Shown: positions 1 to 8,488 of the stretch, one piece after another
How positions within the stretch are numbered: position 1 is the first letter of the stretch
Layout of the letters: each line of letters starts with the position of its first letter
From: a virus
Lineage: Duplodnaviria > Caudoviricetes
IMG/VR virus record: IMGVR_UViG_3300034008_000022
Location: 1-52,683 of that record
Reading direction: 5' to 3' (one strand)
Length of the DNA stretch: 52,683 bases
Program-made: the position numbers and the translations under genes
Notes under the pieces: generated by a model
Database searches by the model: none
What the model saw: only the letters and a program-made list of their open reading frames with translations
Told to the model about the DNA's origin: nothing

Positions 1-277
1 CGCTGGACACGGGTGAGGTGCAACTGCTGGCCGTGCGTCTGGCGGCTGCTGGTGGCGCCGTGGGAGCACCTGCCGCCGCTGCAGTGCGCAAGACGGCCAA
101 GGCGATCGAGGCCACCATGAAGAGCAACGCCCCGAAGCTCTCCGGCGAGCTGGCTGGCTCGATCTCGACCAGCTACTCCGGTGACGGCCGCTTCTCCTCG
201 TTCAGTGCCGAGATCGGCCCGACCGCCCGCTACGGCGAGTACGTCGAGGACGGCACCTCGGTCATGTCTGGCCAGCC
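1..277. repeat. Terminal overlap, left copy (circular permutation point)
   Basis: 1-277 aligns ungapped to 52407-52683 with 12 mismatches counted by eye. Confidence 0.95.
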
Positions 278-362
278 TTACGCTGGCCCAGCCTTCGACC
301 AGCACGCATCAGACCTCGACGCCGCGCTCGCCAAGATCGCGGGAGCGGCGGCCGGGCTGTGA
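1..362 (+). CDS. HK97 gp10-like tail-component/neck protein, 3' part; true start GTG at 52388 across the junction
   Basis: Motifs AP..SGELAGSI, YGEYVEDGT, QPY.GPA; position between head-tail stopper and tail terminator. Confidence 0.8.
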   Translation, partial: LDTGEVQLLAVRLAAAGGAVGAPAAAAVRKTAKAIEATMKSNAPKLSGELAGSISTSYSGDGRFSSFSAEIGPTARYGEYVEDGTSVMSGQPYAGPAFDQHASDLDAALAKIAGAAAGL

Positions 363-799
363 CCATCGACCGCGCAGTCCTCACGGCCGCCGCGAAGGCC
401 CGCCTCGACACCGTCACTGGCGCCACCAAGTCGGTCGGTGAGCCGCGCGGACCACTGCCCCTCATTCCCGGCTCCGACGGCCGCGTGAAGCCCTACGCCA
501 TCCTCTGGCCCGGCGCCGGCACTCCTGGCCCCGAGCTGGACCTGGGCGACACGGTCGTCGACCTCGACTGGCTCATCCAGATCACGTGCGCCGGCGGGTT
601 CGTCGAGGACGTGCAGGCGCTCGTCACCCGCGTCGACGCCGCGTTCTACCGCTGGACCCCGGTGATCGAGGGCCTGTCCTGCGGGCCGTTCAGACCACCG
701 GCCGGCTATGACCCAGGGCCGGTCCGTCTGGACATCAGCATCAGCCCGAACCGCCCGTTCCTGCCGCTGCAGTACCGGACCACGATCACCGCCGACTAG
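359..799 (+). CDS. Tail terminator/completion protein
   Basis: 146 aa, PYAILW motif, position upstream of major tail gene, GTGA overlap. Confidence 0.65.
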   Translation: MTIDRAVLTAAAKARLDTVTGATKSVGEPRGPLPLIPGSDGRVKPYAILWPGAGTPGPELDLGDTVVDLDWLIQITCAGGFVEDVQALVTRVDAAFYRWTPVIEGLSCGPFRPPAGYDPGPVRLDISISPNRPFLPLQYRTTITAD

Positions 800-808
800 G
801 AGACCCCG

Positions 809-1009
809 ATGGCACGCAATCCCGAAGTGACGCCCGTCAACGAACCCGAGTTCGTCGAGGTCTACGTCAAGGCGACCGGCGAGAAGCAGACCGTCCCCGC
901 TGAGTGGGTCGACCACCCGGTGCTGTGGAAGCCATTCCGCAAGACCCCCCTGGAACGGTCCAGGGAGAACACCAACGCGCCGGCCACCGGCGAGAAGCAG
1001 GAGAAGTAG
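809..1009 (+). CDS. Small hypothetical protein
   Basis: AGGAG SD before ATG, phage-like codon usage, fills the gap. Confidence 0.7.
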   Translation: MARNPEVTPVNEPEFVEVYVKATGEKQTVPAEWVDHPVLWKPFRKTPLERSRENTNAPATGEKQEK

Positions 1010-1010
1010 C

Positions 1011-1529
1011 ATGCCCCGCTCGCTGGCCGATGGCCGTACGAAGTTCACCATCCTTACGACGAAGCCCGCCAACCCGGCCGCCCCCACAGCGGCCGAGCTC
1101 AACGCCGGCATCGACCTGTCCTGCAACATCCTCGCCTCGGACTTCACCTTCGGGGCCGGCGACTCCGAGAAGGTCGCGGAGAAGGCGCTGTGCACGATCA
1201 ACAACGCCAACGCACTCGGCGCCAGCAACTTCACCGCCGGCGTGACCGTGTTCCGAGCGGTGAACAAGACCACCGGAGCGATCGACCCGACCGAGGACGC
1301 GCCGTTCGCCGCGCTCAAGACCAAGGGCACGCAGGTGTGGGGGTACGCCCGCCGCACCGGCAAGCTCGCCACCGCCGCCTGGGCAACGGGTGACGAGGCG
1401 TTCCTCGGCGCGGACCTGCTCACTGACGAGCCGCAGCCCCCGGGTGACCTCGGCGGCTACATCAAGTACCGCGTGCCGATGGAGGTCCAGGACGCCTGGC
1501 CGTTCATCGCCGTCGCTGCCGGCGCCTGA
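1011..1529 (+). CDS. Major tail (tube) protein
   Basis: 172 aa, PANPAAPTAAELNAGIDLSC motif typical of actinophage tail tube proteins; synteny. Confidence 0.88.
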   Translation: MPRSLADGRTKFTILTTKPANPAAPTAAELNAGIDLSCNILASDFTFGAGDSEKVAEKALCTINNANALGASNFTAGVTVFRAVNKTTGAIDPTEDAPFAALKTKGTQVWGYARRTGKLATAAWATGDEAFLGADLLTDEPQPPGDLGGYIKYRVPMEVQDAWPFIAVAAGA

Positions 1530-1540
1530 CCCCTCTGATC

Positions 1541-1620
1541 GGCGGGGCCCGGGTTGGTCGAGCCCGGGCCCCGCTGTCTCGACCACCTCGACCAATCCTC
1601 GACCAAGGAGCACGCGACCA
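1541..1620 (+). promoter_or_regulatory. GC hairpin whose loop is complementary to downstream CTCGACCA repeats (putative pseudoknot/attenuator)
   Basis: 12-bp stem 1542-1553/1563-1574; loop TTGGTCGAG; CTCGACCA(A) at 1578, 1587, 1598, the last abutting SD AAGGAG. Confidence 0.65.
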
Positions 1621-1826
1621 TGATTTTTCGCAGCCGCAAGAGGACTGACGCGCCAAGGTGGCGGGACGTCCCGAAGATGCTCGCTGATGTGCTGGCAGAA
1701 AGCCGCCGCACCAAGAGTCACGTCACGAACTTCAACGGCAAGGTCTCTGTCGAGGAGATCGAGGCTCTGCTGGAGAAGCTTCACGCGAAGCAGCAGGCCG
1801 CGGCGCGCCTGGGGAGGCAGCGATGA
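1620..1826 (+). CDS. 68-aa protein, paralog of the tape-measure protein C-terminus
   Basis: AAGGAG SD; last 32 aa are 20/32 identical (ungapped) to the last 32 aa of the TMP. Confidence 0.75.
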   Translation: MIFRSRKRTDAPRWRDVPKMLADVLAESRRTKSHVTNFNGKVSVEEIEALLEKLHAKQQAAARLGRQR

Positions 1827-2443
1827 CCAGCGACCAGACTCTCGCCGACAGCACCCCGGCGGACGCCGCCAGCCCGTTCGTCCGCGCGCCCGAGCCGGAG
1901 ACCGTCCTCGATCTCGACGAGGTCATGTCCTCGGCGCGGCGGGTCGAGAAGGTCGCCCACATCTGCCTGCGTGGCGACCTTCAGGCCGAGTTCGACCAGA
2001 AGTCCGAGGAGCTCGGTGACCTCGTCGACTCCGACGGCCGGGTCCTCGCCGAGGGTGACCGGGCGCTGGCGGACGGCGCGAGGGCGCAGGAGCTCCAGGC
2101 CGACCTGACGGCGATCAAGGCCGAGATGAAGACCGCGATGCGGTCCGTCCGGTTCCGGGCGCTCCCCGACGACGAGTGGCGCGAGTTCCACGCCTCGCAC
2201 CTCAACTCAGCCGGCAACGTGAAGGACCTCACCCGCTTCAACAACGAGATCATCGCGAAGACCGCGATCGCACCCACGATGACGATCGACGCCATCGTGA
2301 AGCTGCGCAAGACGCTCGGCCCCACCCAGATCACGACGCTCGCGAACGCCGCGTTCTGGGCGTGCACCACCGGCGGTGTGGACATCCCAAAATCGCTGAC
2401 CTACTTGCCCTACCAGAAGCAAGACCTCTCCGAGACGAGCTGA
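1823..2443 (+). CDS. Tail assembly chaperone (G)
   Basis: Position between tail tube and TMP; slippery C_CCA_AAA near the 3' end. Confidence 0.85.
   Translation: MTSDQTLADSTPADAASPFVRAPEPETVLDLDEVMSSARRVEKVAHICLRGDLQAEFDQKSEELGDLVDSDGRVLAEGDRALADGARAQELQADLTAIKAEMKTAMRSVRFRALPDDEWREFHASHLNSAGNVKDLTRFNNEIIAKTAIAPTMTIDAIVKLRKTLGPTQITTLANAAFWACTTGGVDIPKSLTYLPYQKQDLSETS
2386..2392 (+). promoter_or_regulatory. -1 programmed frameshift heptamer of tail assembly chaperone (CCCAAAA)
   Basis: X_XXY_YYZ heptamer in the correct phase; -1 frame is open to 2847. Confidence 0.8.
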
Positions 2444-2847
2444 AGCTGGCTCGGAGCCTGGGAGTCCCGCCGACACGACTCCGGGGCCGCCTCCGCTCCA
2501 CGACGTACCTGTACGAAGACCTCGAGTATCCGGACAGAGTCACCGGCACCGTCGAGTCGCCGGAGTGGACCGAGGACGATCGAGGGCTGCTCCTGGGCCT
2601 CGAGCTGTGGGAGTCGCAGATCTGTCCCGGCAACTGTGGACACCCGATCGGCGAAGCGTGGCACACCGACAACGACGGCTGGTACGAGACCCAAGGCTTC
2701 AAGTGCTACGCGTGCACCGAGCTCGCCGGTGGGCAGGACGTCGTCTTCCATCAGGTCGACTCCACACGCGGCCCTGACGCGCCGCCACTGACGCCGTTCG
2801 AGATGGGCGTGACGACCTTCGCCCCCGACCCGCCCGCTACCGACTGA
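2386..2847 (+). CDS. Tail assembly chaperone frameshift extension (GT product, ~341 aa total)
   Basis: -1 frame reads PKIADLL...WTEDDR...CPGNCGH...CYAC, typical of actinophage T segments. Confidence 0.8.
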   Translation, partial: PKIADLLALPEARPLRDELKLARSLGVPPTRLRGRLRSTTYLYEDLEYPDRVTGTVESPEWTEDDRGLLLGLELWESQICPGNCGHPIGEAWHTDNDGWYETQGFKCYACTELAGGQDVVFHQVDSTRGPDAPPLTPFEMGVTTFAPDPPATD

Positions 2848-2866
2848 TCACTCGGTGCAGGTCACG

Positions 2867-3037
2867 TCAGCGCCACTCGGCCGGGAGTTGCGCGTCGCAC
2901 TGAGTGCACAACTGCGCTATGACCTCGCCCAGGACAGACTCGACAGGCTCGGTCGTCCCAGCGTGGTCGCACGGGCCTGGGATGTAGACGGGATCCTTGT
3001 CGCAGAGACTCCGCACCTCGATCCACTCGCGAGTCAC
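2867..3037 (-). CDS. 56-aa Cys/His micro-protein (CDH...CTQC), putative Zn-binding
   Basis: Hand-translated VTREWIEVRSLCDKDPVYIPGPCDH...LCTQCDAQLPAEWR; follows 3044..3265 after a 6-nt gap. Confidence 0.55.
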   Translation of the reverse strand: MTREWIEVRSLCDKDPVYIPGPCDHAGTTEPVESVLGEVIAQLCTQCDAQLPAEWR

Positions 3038-3043
3038 GGGCGT

Positions 3044-3265
3044 CTACTCCGGGGCGATGATCGGCGCGGCACCGTTGAACATGGCGAGGATCTCCTCGGC
3101 GGGCAGATGGACCGTGAAGTGGATCTGACCGTAAGGCTCGCCTCCCACGACTTCCCAGTCGAGCGGGCTTTTGACCAGTGCAGGGTCGAGCCCGAGTCGT
3201 TCGCAGACGGCCAACCCGAACCTCCGGTCCTGCGCTTTCGGAACGGGACGCATCGGAGCGCTCAT
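3044..3265 (-). CDS. 73-aa hypothetical protein in antisense cassette
   Basis: ATGA overlap with the upstream RHH gene. Confidence 0.7.
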   Translation of the reverse strand: MSAPMRPVPKAQDRRFGLAVCERLGLDPALVKSPLDWEVVGGEPYGQIHFTVHLPAEEILAMFNGAAPIIAPE

Positions 3266-3399
3266 CGCACGTACCTCTCTAAGAACTTGCGGACGGCCTC
3301 GCTGACCGTCTCTCCACGCTCATCGGCGCGCTTACGAGCGGCTGACCATAGCGTGTCCGGCACGCGAATCACACGGTTCTGCTTCTTCTCGACCGCCAT
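3262..3399 (-). CDS. Ribbon-helix-helix DNA-binding protein (45 aa)
   Basis: Hand-translated MAVEKKQNRVIRVPDTLWSAARKRADERGETVSEAVRKFLERYVR; Arc/CopG pattern; GGAGG SD upstream on the minus strand. Confidence 0.85.
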   Translation of the reverse strand: MAVEKKQNRVIRVPDTLWSAARKRADERGETVSEAVRKFLERYVR

Positions 3400-3465
3400 G
3401 CGTACAGCCTCCCACACGCATAGGCGTATGCATATGCGACCGACCGACTGAGAGGAGCCCGCCTG

Positions 3466-6400
3466 ATGGGTCTCGCCCGCTCAGTCTCGGTTCGTCTCGA
3501 CGCGAACGTCTCCGGCTACATCGCGAAGATGAACAGCGCGGGCGCCGCCACGTCGGCCGCCATGGGTCGGGCCGACAAGTCCGTCGTCGGCCACAGCAAG
3601 GGGCTCGCCCTGCTGGGCAAGAGCGCTGCTGTGGGCGGGCTCGCCGTCGCCACCGGCCTCGGGTACGCCGTGAAGACCGCCGCCGACTTCGACGCCTCGA
3701 TGTCCAAGGTCGAGGCGGCCACCGGCCGTGGCGGCGCCGGACTCAAGGCACTCCGCGACGCCGCGATCCAGGCCGGCTCTGACACCGCCTTCTCCGCCTC
3801 CGAGGCGGCGGGCGGCATCGAGAACCTCGCGAAGGCCGGAGTCTCCTCGCAGAACATCCTCGGCGGTGGGCTCCGGGGCGCCCTCGACCTGGCCGCCGCC
3901 GGCGAGCTCGGAGTTGCTGACGCTGCCGAGATCGCCGCGACCGCGCTGACCCAGTTCAAGCTCAAGGGTGCCGACATCCCCCACGTCGCGGACCTGCTCG
4001 CGGCTGGCGCGGGCAAGGCGCAGGGCGAGGTGTCCGACCTGGCCGCGGCGCTGAGTCAGGCCGGCCTGGTGGCCGCCGGCTCGGGCCTGTCCATCGAGGA
4101 GACCACCGGCACGCTCGCGGCGTTCGCGTCCGCCGGCCTGACCGGGTCGGACGCCGGCACGTCCTTCAAGACGATGCTGCAGCGGCTGCAGGCGCCGATC
4201 GGCGCCGGCGCGAAGGAGATGGAGCGGCTCAACGTCTCCGCCTACGACACCCAAGGCAACTTCATCGGCATGGCAGGGGTCGCCGATCAGCTGCGCGACC
4301 GGTTGAAGGGCATGACCAGCGAGCAGCGCGACGCCTCTCTGGCCACCATCTTCGGCTCCGACGCCGTCCGGGCGGCCCGTGTGCTCTACGAGCAGGGTGG
4401 CCGCGGGATCCGGAAGTGGACCGCCGCGGTCGACGACCAGGGCTTCGCCGCGGACACCGCCAAGACGAAGCTGAACAACCTCAAGGGCGACGTCGAGCAG
4501 CTCGGCGGTTCCTTCGAGACGGCGATGATCAAGCTGGGGTCCGGCGCGCAGTCCCCGCTGCGCGGCGTCGTGCAGGACATCACGAGCGAGATCAACAAGC
4601 TGTCCAAGGACGGGACGCTGGACCGGTGGGGCGAGAACGCGGCGACCGCCATCAGCGGCGTCATCGACGTCGCCAAGGACCTCGGTCCGGTGGTCGGCTC
4701 GGCGTTGAGCACCGTCGGGTCAGGCGTGAAGACCGTTGTCGAAGGATTCAGCGCGCTGCCGGACGGTGTCCAGAAGGCCCTGGTCACCGGTGCTGTGGTT
4801 GCAGCCGGCGCGAAGAAGCTCGGCGCGACCTCGCTGATCGGCGCCGCCGCGAAGACCGTCGGTGGTGGTGGCCTCGGCGGCAAGGGCGGCGTGACACCGG
4901 TGTTCGTCACCAATATGGGCGCCGCCGGGCTCGGTGGTGCCGCTGGCGGGGCTCCAGGTGGCGGCAAGGCCGGGAAGGCGGCCGCAATAGGCAGGGGCGT
5001 GAGCAAGGGCCTCGGTGTTGCCGCCGTTCTTACTGTCGGCGGCGCGATCATGGGGCAGGCGGCCACCAAGAGCCTCGCGGCCTCCGTGGCCTCCGGCGTC
5101 GCTACAGGCGCGTCTGCTGGGTTCCTCGTGGCAGGACCAGCGGGTGCCGCTGCCGGCGCCGCTGTGGGGGGCCTGGTGGGCGCCGCCGTGCACCAGAACC
5201 CGAAGAATCCATCGACGGCCTACCAAGACGCCATCACGCCGAAGAACGCGAAGAACGTGCAGCTGCTGGCGCAGTCGTACTCGGTGCTCCAGAAGGAGCA
5301 GTCCCGGCTCACCAAGGGCGCATCGAGGGAGCGGCTCGCTCGGCTGCTCGACATCCCCGGTCCCGTCCGCGAGAACGCCGACAAGATGGCGGTGCTGCAG
5401 CGCAAGATCGGTGAGGCTACCGGGCTGACCACCAGGGAGGTCAAGGAGCAGGCCGCCAGCCTGGCCAGCGGCTCCGCTCCCATCACCAAGGCGGCCAGCA
5501 ACTTCAACACCTTTGCAGCCAATGCGAAGTACGCCGGAGTGTCGACGCGCGAGCTGACCGTGGGGTTGAGCACCCTGCCCACCCAGGTGCAGACCAAGAT
5601 CCTCACGCCGGGCGCCGTGGAGTCGAAGGCCGACGTGTCGGCGCTGGGCAAGCAGTACGGGCTGACACCCACTCAGGTCAAGACGATCATGCAGCTCGTC
5701 GGGGCCGAGAAGGCCGGCGAGAAGACCAAGAGAACCCGCGAGCAGCTGGCTGCGTTCAACAACACGAAGTACAAGCCGAAGATCGACGTTCAGGACAACG
5801 CGTCCTCGAAGGTCAAGAGCGCCCGTCAGGTCGCGATGTTCTTCGCGAAGGACTACCAGAGCACGCTGAAGGCGAACGACGCTGCCTCTCCGAAGGCGGA
5901 GGCTGCTCGCAAGCGGGCCCAGGCGTTCGCCAAGGCGTACCTCGCGGCCCTCAAGGCGAATGACGCCGCCTCCGGGAAGATCGCGAACGCTGTCCGTCTC
6001 GTCAACTCGTTCAACGGCCGGACGGCGACGTCGAACATCTACGTCATCACGCATCGGGTCGAGCGGATCTCTCGGCAGATCGTGGGCGCCGCAGCCAGTC
6101 TGTTCGGGGGGAGGCCGTCAGCGGACGGCTCCTTCTACGAGGGCGGCGTCCAGGCCTTCGCAGGGGGCGGAACGACCGAGGGTGGCGCCTATGTGCCGCG
6201 CACCCCGCAGATCCGCTCCGGCCGAGGCAGGGGCGTGCTGTGGGGCGAGGAGGAGACCGGCTGGGAGGCCTACATCTCCGGCAAGCCTGGACAGGCAGAC
6301 CGCAACCGCGACATCTGGCGGATGGCAGGCGAGCGGCTCGGCGTCCGCTTTGAAGAGTTCGCCGACGGCGGCCTGACCGCCTACGCCAACGGCGGTGGCA

Positions 6401-7176
6401 GGCGCCGCAGCCGGCCGCCCGGCCTCGACATCAGCGGCGACGAGTCGAACCGCGAGATCCACCGCGACATCCGCGCCTACGCGAAGGCGCTGGACCGGTA
6501 CGCCAAGAAGCACCCGAACTTCAACGACCTCACGGCCAAGCAGCTGCGCCGCCTGGAAGTGGGGATCAGGCGGGTGGTCGACCGCTACCAGAAGCAGGAG
6601 AAGGAGCTCGAGAAGGCTCGCGAGGGCTTCAAGGCGCTGCGCGAGGCGGCCAGGTCCTACAAGCAGGGCGTCCGGGAGGCCTACGTCGACGACCCCTTCC
6701 AGTCGACGCTGGGCGGATTCCGCAACCAGACCGACCGCGAGACGAAGAACCTCGAGGGGACGAAGGCAGACCTGCGGACGCTGTCGAAGAACGGGCTCGA
6801 CGGCGAGCTGTACAAGCAGCTGGCCGCGTCGGGGAACAGCGCGCTGATCGACCAGTTCTCGAAGCTTTCCCGCGGAGAGATCGAGGCTGAGGAGCGGCGG
6901 TTCAAGCGCCGCAACGCCCTGGCCGGGCAGCTCGCGGCGCAGGCCACCACCAAGGTCTACGCCAAGGACCTCCGTGATGCGGCAAGCGAGGTCAGGGACC
7001 TCAAGTACGGCATGCGCGAGCTTCGGCAAGAGCTTGCGCTCCTGCGCAAGGGGCGGCACATCGGGCACCACATCGTGAACTTCAACGGCCGGGTCTCCGC
7101 GAGGGACACTGAGGGTCTGGCGAAGAAGCTGCACGACAAGCAGCGGGTCGCCGCCCGCCTGGCGCGGCAACGATGA
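3466..7176 (+). CDS. Tape measure protein
   Basis: 1236 aa, Ala/Gly-rich, TP901-like core (TAFSASEAA, GSDAGTSFKTML), AGGAG SD. Confidence 0.95.
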   Translation: MGLARSVSVRLDANVSGYIAKMNSAGAATSAAMGRADKSVVGHSKGLALLGKSAAVGGLAVATGLGYAVKTAADFDASMSKVEAATGRGGAGLKALRDAAIQAGSDTAFSASEAAGGIENLAKAGVSSQNILGGGLRGALDLAAAGELGVADAAEIAATALTQFKLKGADIPHVADLLAAGAGKAQGEVSDLAAALSQAGLVAAGSGLSIEETTGTLAAFASAGLTGSDAGTSFKTMLQRLQAPIGAGAKEMERLNVSAYDTQGNFIGMAGVADQLRDRLKGMTSEQRDASLATIFGSDAVRAARVLYEQGGRGIRKWTAAVDDQGFAADTAKTKLNNLKGDVEQLGGSFETAMIKLGSGAQSPLRGVVQDITSEINKLSKDGTLDRWGENAATAISGVIDVAKDLGPVVGSALSTVGSGVKTVVEGFSALPDGVQKALVTGAVVAAGAKKLGATSLIGAAAKTVGGGGLGGKGGVTPVFVTNMGAAGLGGAAGGAPGGGKAGKAAAIGRGVSKGLGVAAVLTVGGAIMGQAATKSLAASVASGVATGASAGFLVAGPAGAAAGAAVGGLVGAAVHQNPKNPSTAYQDAITPKNAKNVQLLAQSYSVLQKEQSRLTKGASRERLARLLDIPGPVRENADKMAVLQRKIGEATGLTTREVKEQAASLASGSAPITKAASNFNTFAANAKYAGVSTRELTVGLSTLPTQVQTKILTPGAVESKADVSALGKQYGLTPTQVKTIMQLVGAEKAGEKTKRTREQLAAFNNTKYKPKIDVQDNASSKVKSARQVAMFFAKDYQSTLKANDAASPKAEAARKRAQAFAKAYLAALKANDAASGKIANAVRLVNSFNGRTATSNIYVITHRVERISRQIVGAAASLFGGRPSADGSFYEGGVQAFAGGGTTEGGAYVPRTPQIRSGRGRGVLWGEEETGWEAYISGKPGQADRNRDIWRMAGERLGVRFEEFADGGLTAYANGGGRRRSRPPGLDISGDESNREIHRDIRAYAKALDRYAKKHPNFNDLTAKQLRRLEVGIRRVVDRYQKQEKELEKAREGFKALREAARSYKQGVREAYVDDPFQSTLGGFRNQTDRETKNLEGTKADLRTLSKNGLDGELYKQLAASGNSALIDQFSKLSRGEIEAEERRFKRRNALAGQLAAQATTKVYAKDLRDAASEVRDLKYGMRELRQELALLRKGRHIGHHIVNFNGRVSARDTEGLAKKLHDKQRVAARLARQR

Positions 7177-8456
7177 TCGTCGTCACCGCACAGGGGACAA
7201 CGGTCGAGGTTCCCACCGACCCCGTCGCGCCGGGAGTGCCGGGTACGCCGAACGCCGGCCAGGCGCTGGTGCGGATGTCCTATCTGGTCACGCTGACCGA
7301 CACCGACGGCACCGTCTGGGACCTGAACAACGGCCCGGTCACGCTGCTCGCCGGGGCAAAGCTGTTCGGGACCCCACCGGTGACGCAGCAGCGCAAGCAG
7401 TCCCCGACGATCGCCGGGACCCGCCGGACCGGTGTCCGCATCGAGGAGCGGCCTCTGCTGCTGCCCGTCTCGGTGAAGGGCTACGGCGACTGGGAGGCGT
7501 ACCGCGCCACCGACGTCGCGTTCTTCAACGGCCTGGACCCCGACCGGCCGGTGGTGGTGACGGTGACGTCCCCTGACGCCATCGCCCGTTCGCTGCCGTG
7601 CTACTTCGAGTCCGACGGCGACGTGGAGGACGAGTACGACCCGCTGCTGTTCGCCCGGAAGAAGTACGTGCTGGGGCTGATCGCGCCGGATCCGTACTGG
7701 CGCGGCGACCCGGTCGTGAAGACACTGGTCGCGACCGACACTTCTCTGCCGCTGTTCCCCGGGCCGCCGTTCGACATCATCACGGGCGAGTCGCTCGCTG
7801 AGGCGTCGATCTCGAACCTCGGTGACGTACCGGCGTGGCCGCGGTACACGATCACGGGCCCGGTCACTGCGTTCACGGTCGGTGTCGGTGACGCGGTCGT
7901 GTCGTCGACGGCGCCGGTTGCGGCTGGGGACCAGGTGGTCATCGACAGCGCTCCTCGGGCCCGGACGGTGCTGAGCGGTGGGGGCGCGCGGCTGTACGAG
8001 CAGATGGATCGGGTGCAGTTCCGACCCGTTCCCCGGGGGACGGACGTGCCGATCACGGTCAGCGTCGAGGGGGCAGGGTCCTCGACGCAGGTCATGGTCG
8101 AGCTGACCCCCTTGTTCCGTCGGCCGTTCGGGGTGCCTGATCCCCCACCGATCGAGCCGCCGCCTGTAGACCCCCCACCGATCGAGCCGCCGCCTGTAGA
8201 CCCCCCGCCGGTGACGCTGAACTTCTTCGGGATCGACACCGACGGCGCCGTCTACTTCGACTCTGCGGGCGTTCCCGCCGCCTCGGCCGCAGTGCTGCGG
8301 CTCGATACCGACGGAATGCCCTACCACGACGTCACCGGGACGGGGCCCGGTGCGCTGCTGACCGGCGGCGTCGACACCGACGGCGTTCCCTACTTCGTCG
8401 TCGCTGCTGAATCCAGCTCTGGCACCTTCACCGCCACCTTCACCGACACCTTCTAG
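7173..8456 (+). CDS. Distal tail (Dit-like) minor tail protein with Pro-rich linker and C-terminal DTDG repeats
   Basis: Directly after TMP; APDPYW and NLGDVPAWP motifs. Confidence 0.8.
   Translation: MIVVTAQGTTVEVPTDPVAPGVPGTPNAGQALVRMSYLVTLTDTDGTVWDLNNGPVTLLAGAKLFGTPPVTQQRKQSPTIAGTRRTGVRIEERPLLLPVSVKGYGDWEAYRATDVAFFNGLDPDRPVVVTVTSPDAIARSLPCYFESDGDVEDEYDPLLFARKKYVLGLIAPDPYWRGDPVVKTLVATDTSLPLFPGPPFDIITGESLAEASISNLGDVPAWPRYTITGPVTAFTVGVGDAVVSSTAPVAAGDQVVIDSAPRARTVLSGGGARLYEQMDRVQFRPVPRGTDVPITVSVEGAGSSTQVMVELTPLFRRPFGVPDPPPIEPPPVDPPPIEPPPVDPPPVTLNFFGIDTDGAVYFDSAGVPAASAAVLRLDTDGMPYHDVTGTGPGALLTGGVDTDGVPYFVVAAESSSGTFTATFTDTF
8142..8210 (+). repeat. 30-bp tandem repeat x2.3 encoding PPIEPPPVDP
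   Basis: 8142-8171 and 8172-8201 identical, partial third copy. Confidence 0.9.
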
Positions 8457-8488
8457 GTGTCCATCCATCTCGTGTCAGGAGCCTGACC

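Noticed and set aside
2855-3451. 198-aa plus-strand ORF between chaperone and TMP
   Set aside because: No SD or motif; the minus strand holds three coherent ORFs including a clear RHH
5770-6010. ~28-aa KANDAAS repeats in the TMP
   Set aside because: Ordinary tape-measure periodicity
1728-7176. TMP C-terminal duplicate as a DGR template/variable repeat pair
   Set aside because: No reverse transcriptase in the window, and the differences are not adenine-specific
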